Shown: positions 41,129-52,700 of the stretch, one piece after another | How positions within the stretch are numbered: the stretch's first letter is position 1 | How the letters are laid out: each line of letters begins with the position of its first letter | Source of the DNA: Candidatus Krumholzibacteriia bacterium | Lineage (GTDB): Bacteria > Krumholzibacteriota > Krumholzibacteriia > Krumholzibacteriales > Krumholzibacteriaceae | Assembly: GCA_963836185.1 (NCBI GenBank) | Contig: CAWIIQ010000001.1 | Coordinates: 512,001 to 576,000, forward strand | Direction: 5' to 3' | Length of the DNA: 64,000 bases | Made by a program: the position numbers and the translations under genes | Notes under the pieces: generated by a model | Databases searched by the model: none | What the model saw: only the letters and a program-made list of their open reading frames with translations | Told to the model about the DNA's origin: nothing

Positions 41129-42367
41129 ATGAGTGGACCGAACAAGGTATACGTCATCGATCCTATGGATCCTGAGACCAGAGTCAACGTTACTTCTCCA
41201 TCGAGTGAGAACGGAGGAGAACTCCCCGATTATCTCAAGCCGTCTTCCGGCGGGGACCAGGCCGGCCAGGGCGAATCCAGGTCGAGGGCGAACGAGAAAC
41301 AGTCGGGCGTACCTTTGATCCTGTCCTATCTCACAGGGCCGTTTTCGATCCTGGCGACACGCCGGGGGCGCAGGAGCCGTTTCTGGGCAGGACTGTCCCT
41401 GTTCAGTGTAATCCTTTCGATTGTCGTTATATGGATGTGGAGGGGACTCTCATACTGGTCCACGCGAGAGAACCCCGTTGGAGCCGTCATGGTTCTCCTG
41501 GCGGTCGCGGCGGTCATATCCGGTTTCTCCGCGTGGACACGGGCAGTAGTGCTTGCCGGGCGATACGAGGGCCCGAGGATCAGGCGGTCGCCGGACTGGA
41601 TGAGGTCTTCATTTGCCGCTGGTCTGTTCGGGATCATCTGCCCGGGGATGGGACTCTACGTCGCCGGTCGCTCGAAGAGAGCGGCGTCGGCATTGTGGAT
41701 GGCCTGCCTGACCGTCATATCCCTGCTCGTTCTCGCGAGAGCGGCCTGGCTGTGGGATTTCAATATATACGCGGGCGCTTTCGCCGTAAGGCCGGATACT
41801 CTCGAGTATATTTTCATCTTTGCGGGTGCGGCGGCGGTTCTTGGAGGACTGGCCTGGGTCGTTCAGGCGCTTAATGGGGCGCGCCTGGCTGGCCGGGCCG
41901 CGAACCGCAAGACGGTCTCCCGGAGAAACTGGGCCGCCGTCGCCCTTCTGATATCGATGATCAGCTTTTCCATCCTTTCGAAACCGGCGGTCGTGGCCGA
42001 GGCGCTCGACAGTGGCGCAGCGGCGGCTCGCAGCGAGGGTATGCGGATCATCCCTCTCTATCTCTCGCGGGCGGCGGTCCGTCTCGATCCATCACAGCCT
42101 CGATACGTCATAAGATCGATCGAACTGTATGAGGAGATCGGAGAAAAGGCAAAGGCCGACGCGATGCGGCGAGAGCTCATTGCGAGGCTCGAACCTTCGA
42201 TAGGGCTGCTGGAGGAAGAGGGAATAGTCGTGCCGACAATATGGATGAATGACGGCGCGGTCATCCCCGCATCTCCCGATATCGATGCGGCGTCCGGACC
42301 GGCAGAGGCAGTCATATCCGCCGAGCTGATGTTTCTTGACTGGGATATGAGCCGAACGATCCCCTGA
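41129..42367 (+). CDS. Hypothetical multi-pass membrane protein
   Basis: Several TM segments, IICPGMGLYVAG motif and a TPR-like C-terminal region. Confidence 0.7.
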   Translation: MSGPNKVYVIDPMDPETRVNVTSPSSENGGELPDYLKPSSGGDQAGQGESRSRANEKQSGVPLILSYLTGPFSILATRRGRRSRFWAGLSLFSVILSIVVIWMWRGLSYWSTRENPVGAVMVLLAVAAVISGFSAWTRAVVLAGRYEGPRIRRSPDWMRSSFAAGLFGIICPGMGLYVAGRSKRAASALWMACLTVISLLVLARAAWLWDFNIYAGAFAVRPDTLEYIFIFAGAAAVLGGLAWVVQALNGARLAGRAANRKTVSRRNWAAVALLISMISFSILSKPAVVAEALDSGAAAARSEGMRIIPLYLSRAAVRLDPSQPRYVIRSIELYEEIGEKAKADAMRRELIARLEPSIGLLEEEGIVVPTIWMNDGAVIPASPDIDAASGPAEAVISAELMFLDWDMSRTIP

Positions 42368-42488
42368 GAGGCATCAAATATAAAACAGTCAATCACGAGG
42401 GGACGCTTCCGTACCGGGGGCGTCCCCGATTTTTATCATGCAACCGGTGCCGTGATGTGATATATCTCCGATTGAAAGCGGCACTGCC

Positions 42489-45143
42489 ATGATAGGAAAA
42501 ACTGTATCGCACTACAATATCCTCGAGAAGCTCGGCGAGGGCGGTATGGGCGTGGTCTATCTTGCCGAGGACAACAGGCTGAACCGGAAGGTCGCGCTGA
42601 AGTTCCTGCCGAAACACTTCACATCCGATACTGACGCACGTGAACGTTTCGAACGCGAAGCGCGGGCAGCCGCGGCGTTGAATCATCCCAATATCGTAAC
42701 GGTCTATGACATCGGTGAAGCCGATGGCCAGGTTTTCATGGCGATAGAGCCGGTGGAGGGGCAGACCCTGGCCGATTGCATCTCGGCCGGGCCTCTGCCG
42801 TTCGCCGAAGTACTCGACATAACCCGGCAGATTGCCGAAGGCCTGGGGAAAGCGCATGAAGCGGGCATCGTGCACAGGGATATAAAGCCGTCCAACATCA
42901 TGCTCGACCGCGACGGCAGGGTGAAGATCCTCGATTTCGGCCTGGCGAAACTGAAGGGATCCAGCAAGCTGACCAGAGAGGCCTCGACTCTCGGAACGGT
43001 TCAGTACATGTCACCCGAGCAGGCGCGGGGGGATGAAGTAGACGGGCGAAGCGACATCTGGTCGATCGGCGCCGTCCTCTACGAGATGCTTACGTGCAGG
43101 CAGCCCTTCACAGGGGATTACGACCAGCACGTGATCTATTCGATTCTTAATGAAGAGCCGGAAGCGCCAGGTACGATCCGGAAAGATCTGCCTATCGGTC
43201 TTGAACGGGTTGTAAGGAAAGCTCTGCGGAAGGATCCGGATGAGCGATACCAGGACACAGGCGGGATCATCAGGGACCTGAATGCCGGTGACAGAGAGGG
43301 TGTCGCGAATAGAAGTTCAGGGGGTGCGGTAGTCGCGAAGTGGGTATTCGCGGCAGTCGCCATTGTCACTGCTGCCGTGGTTGTAATAAAGCTGAGTTCC
43401 GGTGATGGCAGCCGCAGGTCCCACGATCCGGTTTCGAGGCAGTTTACTTTTACCGGAGACGCTGAAGATCCGTCGATCAGTCCGGATGGAAAGATGGTCG
43501 CCTTTGCTGCAGGAGGAATGACTCCGGACGGCGCTGTTTACATCAAGGACATAGAGAGCGGATCAAAGGTCAAGATCCTCTCGAGCTCCAGGACTTTCAA
43601 TATTAAATGGGCGCCGGACGGATCGAAGCTGATCTACAGTGAATTCATTTCCGATGAGAACTCGGGGACCTACCTGCTTCCCTGCCTTGGCGGCTCTCCC
43701 CGAATGCTTCTGAGGCTGCCATGGTACTTCATATCATGGGCCCCGGAAGGAGACAGGATCGCCTGTTCCCTGGTAGGCTCCGGCGAGCTTTTTATCCTCG
43801 ATATCGTTTCCGGTGATACAACAGTCGTTCTCCTTGATCAGGATATCGGAGAGATAGAGGATATCGACTGGTCCCCGTCGGGAGAGGAGATTCTGCTGCA
43901 GGGGAACGATCATGAGATGATGTCGCTCTGGACGGTCGAACCGGATGGAAGAGGTCTGACCAGGCTGTTCGAGATAGACCAGGCAAGCGGCTTCTTCCTG
44001 GGAAATCCGAGATGGTCCCCGTGCGGGGATGCGATCTACTACCTCGAGACCGGGATAAGGGGTCAATTCATCTCCGACCTGATGAAAGTCGGCTATGACA
44101 GGAGCGAAAGACTGCTTGATGGTGAATCGAAGACAGTTCTAAGCAACCTTTCCGTAGTGAATATCCCCGGATTAGATATTTCATATTCGATCTCTGACGA
44201 TGGGAAAAGACTCGTCTTTGAACAGAGGTCCGAGAGGATGGATCTGTGGATGATGAGGGCGGAAGGCGAGGGGGAAGAGGTACAGTGGAAGACCAGGCGT
44301 CTCACCAATTCGACGATGCTGAAGACGAAACCCAGCCTTTCTCCAGACGGGGGAATGGTAACATTCGCGATGGGAAACGAAAGATCGTTCGATATCTATA
44401 CGCTTGCGCTTCCCGCAAACCACGATGAACCGGTCGCCGAACCGGTCAGGCTCACCTATCTCGAATCTAACAGCGACCTTCCGGCTTATTCTCCCGACGG
44501 CAAAGAGATAGCGTTCTACTCGATGGACGATGACATCATGAGGATCTGGCGGGTCGATGCCGGGGGCGGCACCCCCAGGCCATGGACTTCCTCTAGGGGA
44601 AGCATGATGGACCAGGAACTTACCTGGTCCCCCGGTGAGAAGATTATTTACAGAGCTGGAAAATTCAACAATTACAGGATCCTTGATCCTTCCACTGGCG
44701 AGGAATCGGACCTTATCGAAACTGAGTTCAAGGGGGCATATACGTTCAGCCCCCAGTGGTCCAACAGGCGGGACCGGGTGGCACTGTTCCAGAATGTGAT
44801 TACAGAGACTTCCCAGGAGATGAGGATCTATCTGTTGTCACTGTCAGACGGGAATTACAGCTCGATATCGGGCGCCATGTATTATCCTGTTGGATGGTCA
44901 TCTGATGACAGATCAATATTTGTATTGAATTTTCCGGAGGACTGGAGCAACGCGGGCGAGATGTTTGTCTTTCGGATGGACCCCGTGGATGGCAGCACCG
45001 AGGAACATGCACCGGTCCGATTCGCTCCTAACGAGGTAAGGGAGCTCGTCATCTCTCCGGACGGCCGCACGATAGTATTTCTGCACAGGATAACCTCGAC
45101 GGATATCTGGCTCGTCGAGGATTTCGATCCGGGAATAGAGTGA
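42489..45143 (+). CDS. Hanks-type Ser/Thr kinase with TM and TolB/PD40 beta-propeller sensor
   Basis: [27 protein letters not shown]; a TM segment; repeated SPDG/WSP motifs. Confidence 0.93.
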   Translation: MIGKTVSHYNILEKLGEGGMGVVYLAEDNRLNRKVALKFLPKHFTSDTDARERFEREARAAAALNHPNIVTVYDIGEADGQVFMAIEPVEGQTLADCISAGPLPFAEVLDITRQIAEGLGKAHEAGIVHRDIKPSNIMLDRDGRVKILDFGLAKLKGSSKLTREASTLGTVQYMSPEQARGDEVDGRSDIWSIGAVLYEMLTCRQPFTGDYDQHVIYSILNEEPEAPGTIRKDLPIGLERVVRKALRKDPDERYQDTGGIIRDLNAGDREGVANRSSGGAVVAKWVFAAVAIVTAAVVVIKLSSGDGSRRSHDPVSRQFTFTGDAEDPSISPDGKMVAFAAGGMTPDGAVYIKDIESGSKVKILSSSRTFNIKWAPDGSKLIYSEFISDENSGTYLLPCLGGSPRMLLRLPWYFISWAPEGDRIACSLVGSGELFILDIVSGDTTVVLLDQDIGEIEDIDWSPSGEEILLQGNDHEMMSLWTVEPDGRGLTRLFEIDQASGFFLGNPRWSPCGDAIYYLETGIRGQFISDLMKVGYDRSERLLDGESKTVLSNLSVVNIPGLDISYSISDDGKRLVFEQRSERMDLWMMRAEGEGEEVQWKTRRLTNSTMLKTKPSLSPDGGMVTFAMGNERSFDIYTLALPANHDEPVAEPVRLTYLESNSDLPAYSPDGKEIAFYSMDDDIMRIWRVDAGGGTPRPWTSSRGSMMDQELTWSPGEKIIYRAGKFNNYRILDPSTGEESDLIETEFKGAYTFSPQWSNRRDRVALFQNVITETSQEMRIYLLSLSDGNYSSISGAMYYPVGWSSDDRSIFVLNFPEDWSNAGEMFVFRMDPVDGSTEEHAPVRFAPNEVRELVISPDGRTIVFLHRITSTDIWLVEDFDPGIE

Positions 45144-45239
45144 TCCGGATAAAGTGCCGCACCTCATTAAGATTGAATCGACACCCATTTCATAGTAGAA
45201 TGAGCCCGATATATTCAACGGCTCTTTCCGGGGGAAATT

Positions 45240-46736
45240 ATGAAAATCATCATCAGCCTTCTGGTGGTATTTATCATGTTATCGGTCCTTGTATGGATCG
45301 GATGCAGCAGCGATTCGGGCGTCACAGATCCGGTCGGCGGCGGAAACGGCGGCGGGGACGCAGATACACTCGCTCCGGTGGTCAATGTCACAAGCCCGTC
45401 TGACGGATCAGGTCTGCCCGCCTCGCTCAGCATCACCGGTACGGCGACCGATGATTCGGTAGTCGATACGGTCTTTTTCGAGGCGCGCGACCTCTGCGGT
45501 CAGACTCTCTGGTCGGAGCTGGACCTGGATTCTCCCTACGCTGCGACGTGGGACGCGAGCGGAGTCCAGGACGGTGGCTACCGTATCTGCATGGCGGCGG
45601 TCGACTCGGCCGGCAACATGTCGGACTGGTCATCCGTGGATGTCACAAAGGGGACGACGACCGCCCAGATAACCGGGTTCTCACCCTCGGCTGTGTACAT
45701 CGGGAGGAGCATCGGGGCGGTGGGTAGCGGCTTCGGGCCCGACAACGGCAACGGCCGTGTGACGGTCTTCGGGATTGAGGCGACGGTGGAGTCATGGACC
45801 GATACCCTCGTTACATTCACTGTACCGGCGGGTGTTCCCGTAGATGCCGGTATGAGCATGGAGATACTGGCGAACTGCCGCTGGCGGATAACGGGGCAGA
45901 TCGAGGTCCTTCCAGACCGGGTAACCCGGATTACAAACGATAACTCAATGGTGGAATATCCCTGCTGGAACGCAGATGGGTCTATGATCTATTTCTGCAT
46001 GGCGACAGGGACAAACTGGGATATCTGGCGGATGGATGCCGATGGCAGCAACTGGCGGCAGGTGACCTTCTACCCCGAGGCTGATTTCATGCCGGACATC
46101 AAGCCTTCGACGGGAGAGATGGCCTGGATGTCGAGGAGGGGCGTAGAAGGTGAATACGATATCTTTCACGGGTTCCTGATAGCTGAGCCCCCGGGAAATG
46201 CAGTCTGGGAAGGGCCGATAACCGCCGACAACGATCTGAACAGGGCGCCCGCATATGCGAACCAGGTATACATGGGGTATTCCATGGTCTATGGACAGTT
46301 CTACGACCCTGACGATGATGGTTATGCGGTACCGACGATATTCCTCTGGGGTTCGACAGGCGGCGCTGAAGAACTTGTCGAGGGGGACAATCCGGCTTTC
46401 ACATATAATGGCAGATGGGTCGTTTTCCAGGACGAAGATCACGACATAGCCAGGATCGAGGTGGGGGGAAGCGGCGAACCGGAAAAGCTGACCACTGGAT
46501 TCGCCGACTACAATCCCCATGTCGGGTGGCAGAACGACAAGATAGTATTTACCCGCGGCAGTATGAACGGATACCGTGGTCTCTGTGTCATCAATCTCGA
46601 CGGGACCGGGTTCGAGGTCCTGCTCGACCAGAGATGGGACCAGTATGACGCCGCCTGGTCGCCCGACTGCACGAAGATCGTTTTTACCGGGCACAGGATG
46701 GGTCGATCCGATATATATGTTTACGAGGTCCCGTAG
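45240..46736 (+). CDS. Lipoprotein with Ig-like, IPT/TIG and TolB-like domains
   Basis: Lipobox IGC; DTLAPVVNVTSP; GSGFG..SWTDTLVTFTVP; PD40-like repeats. Confidence 0.8.
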   Translation: MKIIISLLVVFIMLSVLVWIGCSSDSGVTDPVGGGNGGGDADTLAPVVNVTSPSDGSGLPASLSITGTATDDSVVDTVFFEARDLCGQTLWSELDLDSPYAATWDASGVQDGGYRICMAAVDSAGNMSDWSSVDVTKGTTTAQITGFSPSAVYIGRSIGAVGSGFGPDNGNGRVTVFGIEATVESWTDTLVTFTVPAGVPVDAGMSMEILANCRWRITGQIEVLPDRVTRITNDNSMVEYPCWNADGSMIYFCMATGTNWDIWRMDADGSNWRQVTFYPEADFMPDIKPSTGEMAWMSRRGVEGEYDIFHGFLIAEPPGNAVWEGPITADNDLNRAPAYANQVYMGYSMVYGQFYDPDDDGYAVPTIFLWGSTGGAEELVEGDNPAFTYNGRWVVFQDEDHDIARIEVGGSGEPEKLTTGFADYNPHVGWQNDKIVFTRGSMNGYRGLCVINLDGTGFEVLLDQRWDQYDAAWSPDCTKIVFTGHRMGRSDIYVYEVP

Positions 46737-46775
46737 ACCGGCAGACAGGTTTATCAACCGATATCCCGGAGGCCC

Positions 46776-47843
46776 ATGGATCTGTACGAAAACGGCGCAG
46801 TATCAGCCCCTTCCGTGAAGAAGGTCCGGCAGGGCGTGCGCCTCTTCCTCGTCCTTACCGTACTGGGCCTGGTCTTTGTCCTGTACAGGTCCTCATTCGC
46901 CGGGAGTATTGAGAGCCTCTCCGGATTCAGGTGGCAGTACCTGGCGCTCGCGCTTGGACTGGTCCTTTTCGACTGGGTCCTGGCCGGCCTTCGCATATAT
47001 GTCTTCGCAGTAAAACTCCAGCCGGGGATCTCATACATCGGGTGCGTCCGCGCCGGCCTCGCGAACATCTTCATGGGGGGCATCACTCCTTCCCAGACTG
47101 GAGGAGGGCCGGGTCAGATATATATGCTGTACAAGGAAGGGATGCCTGTCTTCGACGCGATGGTCGTCAGTTTCCTGAGCGCATTTCTTGGAACCGTGCT
47201 CTTTCTGCCCCTGTGCAGCCTCTTCTTTCTCGTCTTTTTCGAGCCCGTCGCCGTCGACTTCCGTCTTCACTACCTGCTTTCGGGATCGTTCGCGATATTC
47301 CTGTTTTTTATCGCCCTCGCGATCGCCGGGCTGGTCGCTCCGGGATTCGTGAAGCGGTCGGTGAGGTTTGCCGCCGGATTGATACCGCCGCTGGACCGCT
47401 GGCTCGAACGAAAAGGATATCTCGAGGCAGCGGACAGGCTCGTCGAACGCTACCATACGATGATGAAGTTCTTCCTCGAGAGGGGGAAGTCGGCGTTCGC
47501 CGCGGGATTCATCCTCTCGGCTGCGATCTATATAAACAAGTTTACCATAGCCTGGGTCGTACTGCGGGGGATGGGGATCACAGTGCCTTACCTCGAGGTG
47601 ATATACACCCAGCTTGTCCTGATAATGATCTTCTACTTCGCTCCGTCGCCCGGCGCGGCGGGCCTCGCCGAGATAAGCGCCGCCGAGGTGATGAAAGGGA
47701 TCGTTCCCGCGCAGTACATCGGCGCTTACGTTCTTCTGTGGAGACTCTTTACGCTGTTGATCGGCCTCGGGGCGGGCGCGCTGGTTATGATGCGAGCTTT
47801 CTACAGGAGCCGGAAGGAACGGCCGCCGGCGGATATCGGCTAA
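46776..47843 (+). CDS. Lysylphosphatidylglycerol-synthase TM / flippase-like (UPF0104) protein
   Basis: ITPSQTGGGP, APSPGAAGLAE and LLWRLFT motifs. Confidence 0.88.
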   Translation: MDLYENGAVSAPSVKKVRQGVRLFLVLTVLGLVFVLYRSSFAGSIESLSGFRWQYLALALGLVLFDWVLAGLRIYVFAVKLQPGISYIGCVRAGLANIFMGGITPSQTGGGPGQIYMLYKEGMPVFDAMVVSFLSAFLGTVLFLPLCSLFFLVFFEPVAVDFRLHYLLSGSFAIFLFFIALAIAGLVAPGFVKRSVRFAAGLIPPLDRWLERKGYLEAADRLVERYHTMMKFFLERGKSAFAAGFILSAAIYINKFTIAWVVLRGMGITVPYLEVIYTQLVLIMIFYFAPSPGAAGLAEISAAEVMKGIVPAQYIGAYVLLWRLFTLLIGLGAGALVMMRAFYRSRKERPPADIG

Positions 47844-48126
47844 CGGAAATAACCAACAGTACTTGTAAGCAATTATCGTCGTTTTTCTGTTGAAAAACGA
47901 TTCTTCTTCTGGTATCATTCCGCCCGTTAAAGCGGCTTTTATTTACAGGCCAGTTCTGGCAAAAAATCGTGATTCGTATTGTGTGGATCTGATGCACTGG
48001 TGGGCTGAAACCGGTGTCAGATCCAAGAGGTGAGGTGTGTCCTGAACAAGAGCTATACCCGATCCTGTGAAATGTATTATCCAACGTGACTTGTCACCAA
48101 ACCGACTTCGTGGAGGGGAAATCACC

Positions 48127-49557
48127 ATGAAAAGATTCTTCGCTCTCATAACGCTTCTAGTCCTTGTATCCGTATCCTGCAGCAATGAGGATGTTGTAGA
48201 TCCTCTCGATAACGCGGGTTCGGCGGCGGTCAGCCTCGATCCGGAATTCATCGCCAGCGAACTGATCGCCCAGACTGGCTGGCCCGACGCGGACGACCAG
48301 ATGCGCCTGCCGGAAGGATGCGGGAATATCATCGACATCGAGCGAGAGGAGATCCTTCCTGGTATCGTACACTACAGCTATCTGCTCAAGATCGGTGAGG
48401 GGGAGTACGATTTTATCAAGCTCCATCGCGTCGTGAAGGAGTCCAGACCATACAAGCCGATCAAAACATGCAAGAATGTCTTCTTCCAGCATGGAGACGG
48501 AGTGGGATTCGAGGGAATGGTCCTTTACGGGGTCAACGCTCCCAGCGTTCCTTTGGAACAGTCCATGGCTGTCTATATGGCGCAGAACGAAATCGATTTC
48601 TGGGGGATCGACCAGAACTGGATCCTCATTCCGCAGGAGACGACAGATTTCGGCTTCGCGGAAGGCTGGGGTATCCAGAACCAGGTCGAGAATCTCGACA
48701 TCGCGCTGTCCATCGCCAGGTTTACGCGCCTCATGACGGGATGCGGCCCGGGTAAGATGAATCTTATGGGTTACAGCAGCGGCGTATGGACGAGCTATGC
48801 CTACTTAAGCTGGGAGACGCAGAAGAAAGCCCAGTTCAGGAACGTTGGCGGATATATCCCTGTTGACGGAGTGTTCAAGACGGATGACGAATATATGATC
48901 GGTATATTAAGCACATTTTCTGCCATGTACCGGATGAACTATGAGGGCGGGCAGTATGTAACTCCTGTGCCTTTCGGACCCGCAGGATATCTGGCGATGA
49001 CAGATCCGGATGGCGATTCGCCGCTTGCCCCGGGATTCACCAATTACCTGGTCGGGATGGTGTTCGGCGCCGCGACTCACATGTTCTCCCCCTACACTCC
49101 CACGTTTCACTACGTCGCCGGAACATTCGATCCCGTGACGAGCATGCCGGACGGGTTCCAGTTCACCACGGATCAGAAATGGTTCGAGTTTATCGTGTCC
49201 GCTGCTTCGTATGAGTCGATTCTGTTCCAGATCGAATATATGGAGCTTGCTGCCGATTCGTATGATATGCCGTTTGACGATTATCTCGGCGATGTGACGG
49301 TCCCGATATTTAACGTCGGAGCGGGGGGAGGACTGGGTTACTACAGTGAGTATACTCTGTCACTTCTCGGCAGTACTGATGTGACGAGCCTTATTGTCGC
49401 ACTCTATCCGCATGAGTACGGGATAATCGACTTCGGTCATATCGACATCTTCATCGCGGACAACGCGCAGAGCCTTATCTGGACGCCTGTTCGCGACTGG
49501 ATCGTCGACCATTCGTGCCGGCAGGGTAAGGGAGACCGGAACCGGGCCAAGGAATGA
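48127..49557 (+). CDS. Lipoprotein, alpha/beta hydrolase fold
   Basis: Lipobox VSC; FQHG, GYSSG nucleophile elbow, FGHID. RBS GGAGGGG before 48127. Confidence 0.8.
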   Translation: MKRFFALITLLVLVSVSCSNEDVVDPLDNAGSAAVSLDPEFIASELIAQTGWPDADDQMRLPEGCGNIIDIEREEILPGIVHYSYLLKIGEGEYDFIKLHRVVKESRPYKPIKTCKNVFFQHGDGVGFEGMVLYGVNAPSVPLEQSMAVYMAQNEIDFWGIDQNWILIPQETTDFGFAEGWGIQNQVENLDIALSIARFTRLMTGCGPGKMNLMGYSSGVWTSYAYLSWETQKKAQFRNVGGYIPVDGVFKTDDEYMIGILSTFSAMYRMNYEGGQYVTPVPFGPAGYLAMTDPDGDSPLAPGFTNYLVGMVFGAATHMFSPYTPTFHYVAGTFDPVTSMPDGFQFTTDQKWFEFIVSAASYESILFQIEYMELAADSYDMPFDDYLGDVTVPIFNVGAGGGLGYYSEYTLSLLGSTDVTSLIVALYPHEYGIIDFGHIDIFIADNAQSLIWTPVRDWIVDHSCRQGKGDRNRAKE

Positions 49558-49608
49558 TCGATCATTGAATAGATGCCCCATGGAACCATGTCACCCTGGC
49601 GGGCATTG

Positions 49609-49644
49609 AAAAAGCCCCCTCTGGATATTTCCGGAGGGGGCTTT
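49609..49644. terminator. Bidirectional terminator
   Basis: AAAGCCCCCTCTGGA-TATT-TCCGGAGGGGGCTTT between convergent genes. Confidence 0.75.
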
Positions 49645-49783
49645 CTTCCGCGGGCTGACCGCCGCTGCTGCCGGCGGCCCCTGCTTCGCTCAGCGATCTT
49701 GCTGCTTCGCTGTCCTGTAAACGGCCACCAGACGGGTGGGGCCGGAAAGCCCTGTCCGCCCGGCGGCCAAAATAATCAGATCA

Positions 49784-52700
49784 TCAGCTCTTGTCGGGAT
49801 CCACGGGCTTCTTCCATATCTGCTTCGGAGGATCCTCGGCGATCTTGTTCATCAGGTACTCGATCGTCTTTTCGAGCTGCGGGTCCTTTCCGCTCACGAC
49901 TTCGTCGGGCATGTTCTCGACTTCGATATCGGGAGCGACTCCAAAGCCCTCGACCTCATATTCTCCACTGGGATCCATGAACCCTACCGTCGGGACGGTG
50001 AGATATCCGCCGTCCACGAGAGGGGTGTTCCGGTTCATGCCCACGAGGCCGCCCCACGTGCGTTTACCTACCAGGGGACCGAGTCCGGCCTGGCGGAACA
50101 TGTAGGGGAAAGCGTCTCCGCCGGAACCGGCATACTCGTTTATCACGCAGGCGAGGTGCCCGGTCGGCCCGCTCATCGGGAACCTGCGGACTATGCCGTA
50201 CCGTGATCCCCAGAGGCTCTTGAGTTCCCTGCCGAGCCTGTCGACAAAGAGGGAGGGCATCCAGCCGCCGCTGTTGTAGCGGACGTCGATGACGATTCCG
50301 TCCATGTTGGCCTGCGGGAAGAACTGCCTGCCGAACTCGTACAGGCCTGTGATGGCTGTGCTCGGTACGTGGACGTAGCCGATCTTTCCGTCTGAGGCTG
50401 CGAGACATTTCTGCCTGTTGCCTTCGACCCAGTCCTCGTACCTGAGGCCGATGTCGGCACCTGTCGGCACGACTGTCCATTCCTTGGCGTCCTTGCCGTC
50501 CGCTTCCTTGCTGACTTTAAGTACGGTCTGATGACCAGTAGTGTTGGCAAGCAGGTCGAACGGGTTGGTGGGGTACTTCAGCTCCTGGCCGTTGATCGCG
50601 ATAAGGTAGTCACCCTCGCTGATATCGATGCCGGGCTGATTGAGGGGCGCCTTGAACAGGGGCTCCCAGTTGCGGCCCTTGTATATCTTCGAGATCTGGT
50701 ACCGGCCATTTTTTCCGACCTCGAAATCGCATCCGAGCTTGCCGTTCGACACTCTCGGGCTCCTCGGGTAGTAATCTCCGCCGCCGACGTACGAGTGGCC
50801 GATGTTGAGCTCGGCGATCATCTCTCCGATTATATAGTTGAGATCATCCCTCGTCGTCAGATAGGGGAGAAGCGCTTCGTAGCGTTTCTTGATCTTCTTC
50901 CAGTTGACGCCGTGCATGTTCTCGACATAGAAGAAGTCGCGCTCGAACCTCCAGGCCTCGGTGAACATCTGTTTCCACTCTTCCATCGGGTCGAGCTTCA
51001 TCCTGAGGTTCGCCGTATTGATCTTGTCGTCACCGACCTTCTTGCCGGGGGCGATATCGATGATGCCGTACTGGCCCATGGCCGAGTAGATCAGCTTCTT
51101 GCCGTCGGCCGAGACATCGTATCCGTTGATCCCCGAGATGACGGTCTTCGACTCGCGCTTCTTGAGGTCGTAATACTTGATGGTGCCGGAGAACTGGCCG
51201 TTGGGCGGCCCGTAGGTCATGTTCGGGCCGGAGAAGGTCGCATAGAGGAGCTTGTCTTCGAGACCGACGAGGCCTGCGATGTTGCCCGGTCCTATAGGCA
51301 AAACGACCAGCCTGTCGCCGAGCCCGTCGAGGTCTATCTCCCAGGCCTTGTCTTCCTCGGCCTCTTCTTCCTTGTCTCCGTCCTTCTTGTCCTTGCCGTT
51401 TTCCTCGTCGGCTTTTTCATCCTTCTTTTCTTCGTCGCCCTTCTCTTCCTCCTTCTCCTCTTTCTTCACCTCGATCTCGTCGCTCTCAGGCGCGAGAAGG
51501 GAAGGAGTGTCGGCCTTGAGCGTGAGGGCACATACTACTGAAGCTGATTCATAGCCGATATCAAACTCGAAATTATTGAACGTCCAGTTGATCGATCGGT
51601 CGGACATGAAGTAGAGATACTTCCCGCCCGGATCAAAGGACGGACCATAGTCGTTGTGCATGTCGCCGGTCACTTTGTGCGCGACACCTTCGTCAATGTT
51701 GTAAAGGTAGATCGATGAGAACCCGGCCTCGTTGTTCTTAGTGTAGGCGATCCACTTCGAGTCGCCGGCCCATGTGTAACTGTTGATGTCAAAAAGAGGA
51801 TCCTCGTCGATCACGACGATCTTCTTCGCGTCGATGTCTACGTAGTAGAGCTGGTACGACTCGTCGTGGAAGAGGATCTTCTCGCTGTCAGGCGACCAGT
51901 AGATGAGCCATGGGAAGTTGCCCAGGCCCTTTGTTATCTGGTTCTCTTCGCCTGTGCCGTCCGACTTCATCGTGTAGATCTCGTATTCGCCTGATTTGTC
52001 GGAGAGGTAAGCAACCCACTTTCCATCGGGCGAATACGCGGGGCTGCGTTCGCGTACACCAGATGTGTTAGTAAGGTTGCGTACCTCCCCCTTCTCGGCG
52101 GGAACTGTGAATATTTCACCTCTCGCGCCGAAAATAGCTCTTTTGCCGGTACTCGAGACGTTGAAATACCTTATGTTGCGGGAGGCATTGACGTATCGTG
52201 TCCTGCGCCATGAATGATCGCTCGGTATCGTTACCTTGATCCTGTTCGACTTCCCCGTATTCAGGTCAAGTACGTAGAGATAGCCGCCGTTCTCGTAGAC
52301 GATAGAGTCGCCGCCGAGACTCGGGAATTTTACGTCGTATTCATTATGATTTGTGATCTTCTTGATCTCGCGGGTCGCAAGGTCGAGTGAGAAGATGTTC
52401 ATCGTGTGATCACGGTCCGAAATGAAGTAGATCTTGTCTCCGTGCCACATCGGGAAGGCGTCGGTGCCTTCGAACTCGGTCAGTTTGGCCGATTCGTTCT
52501 TCTCAAAATCGTAGAGCCAGATATCCTGGGCCATTCCGCCCTTGTACCTCTTCCAGGTCCGGAACTCACGGCTCATCCTGTTGTATGCGATCTTCTTTCC
52601 GTCAGCTGAATATGAGGTGAGCTCTCCTTCGAAGAGGGGAAGCGCCTCGGGGTATCCGCCCCCGGTGCCGATAGTGAAGAGCTTCCTGTAGCGCGGGCCG

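Noticed and set aside
17578-45143. Similarity between the two kinases, or among FlgD tails, as a diversity-generating retroelement or shufflon
   Set aside because: No reverse transcriptase or recombinase is in the window and no adenine-specific template/variable pair was seen. Ordinary paralogy suffices.
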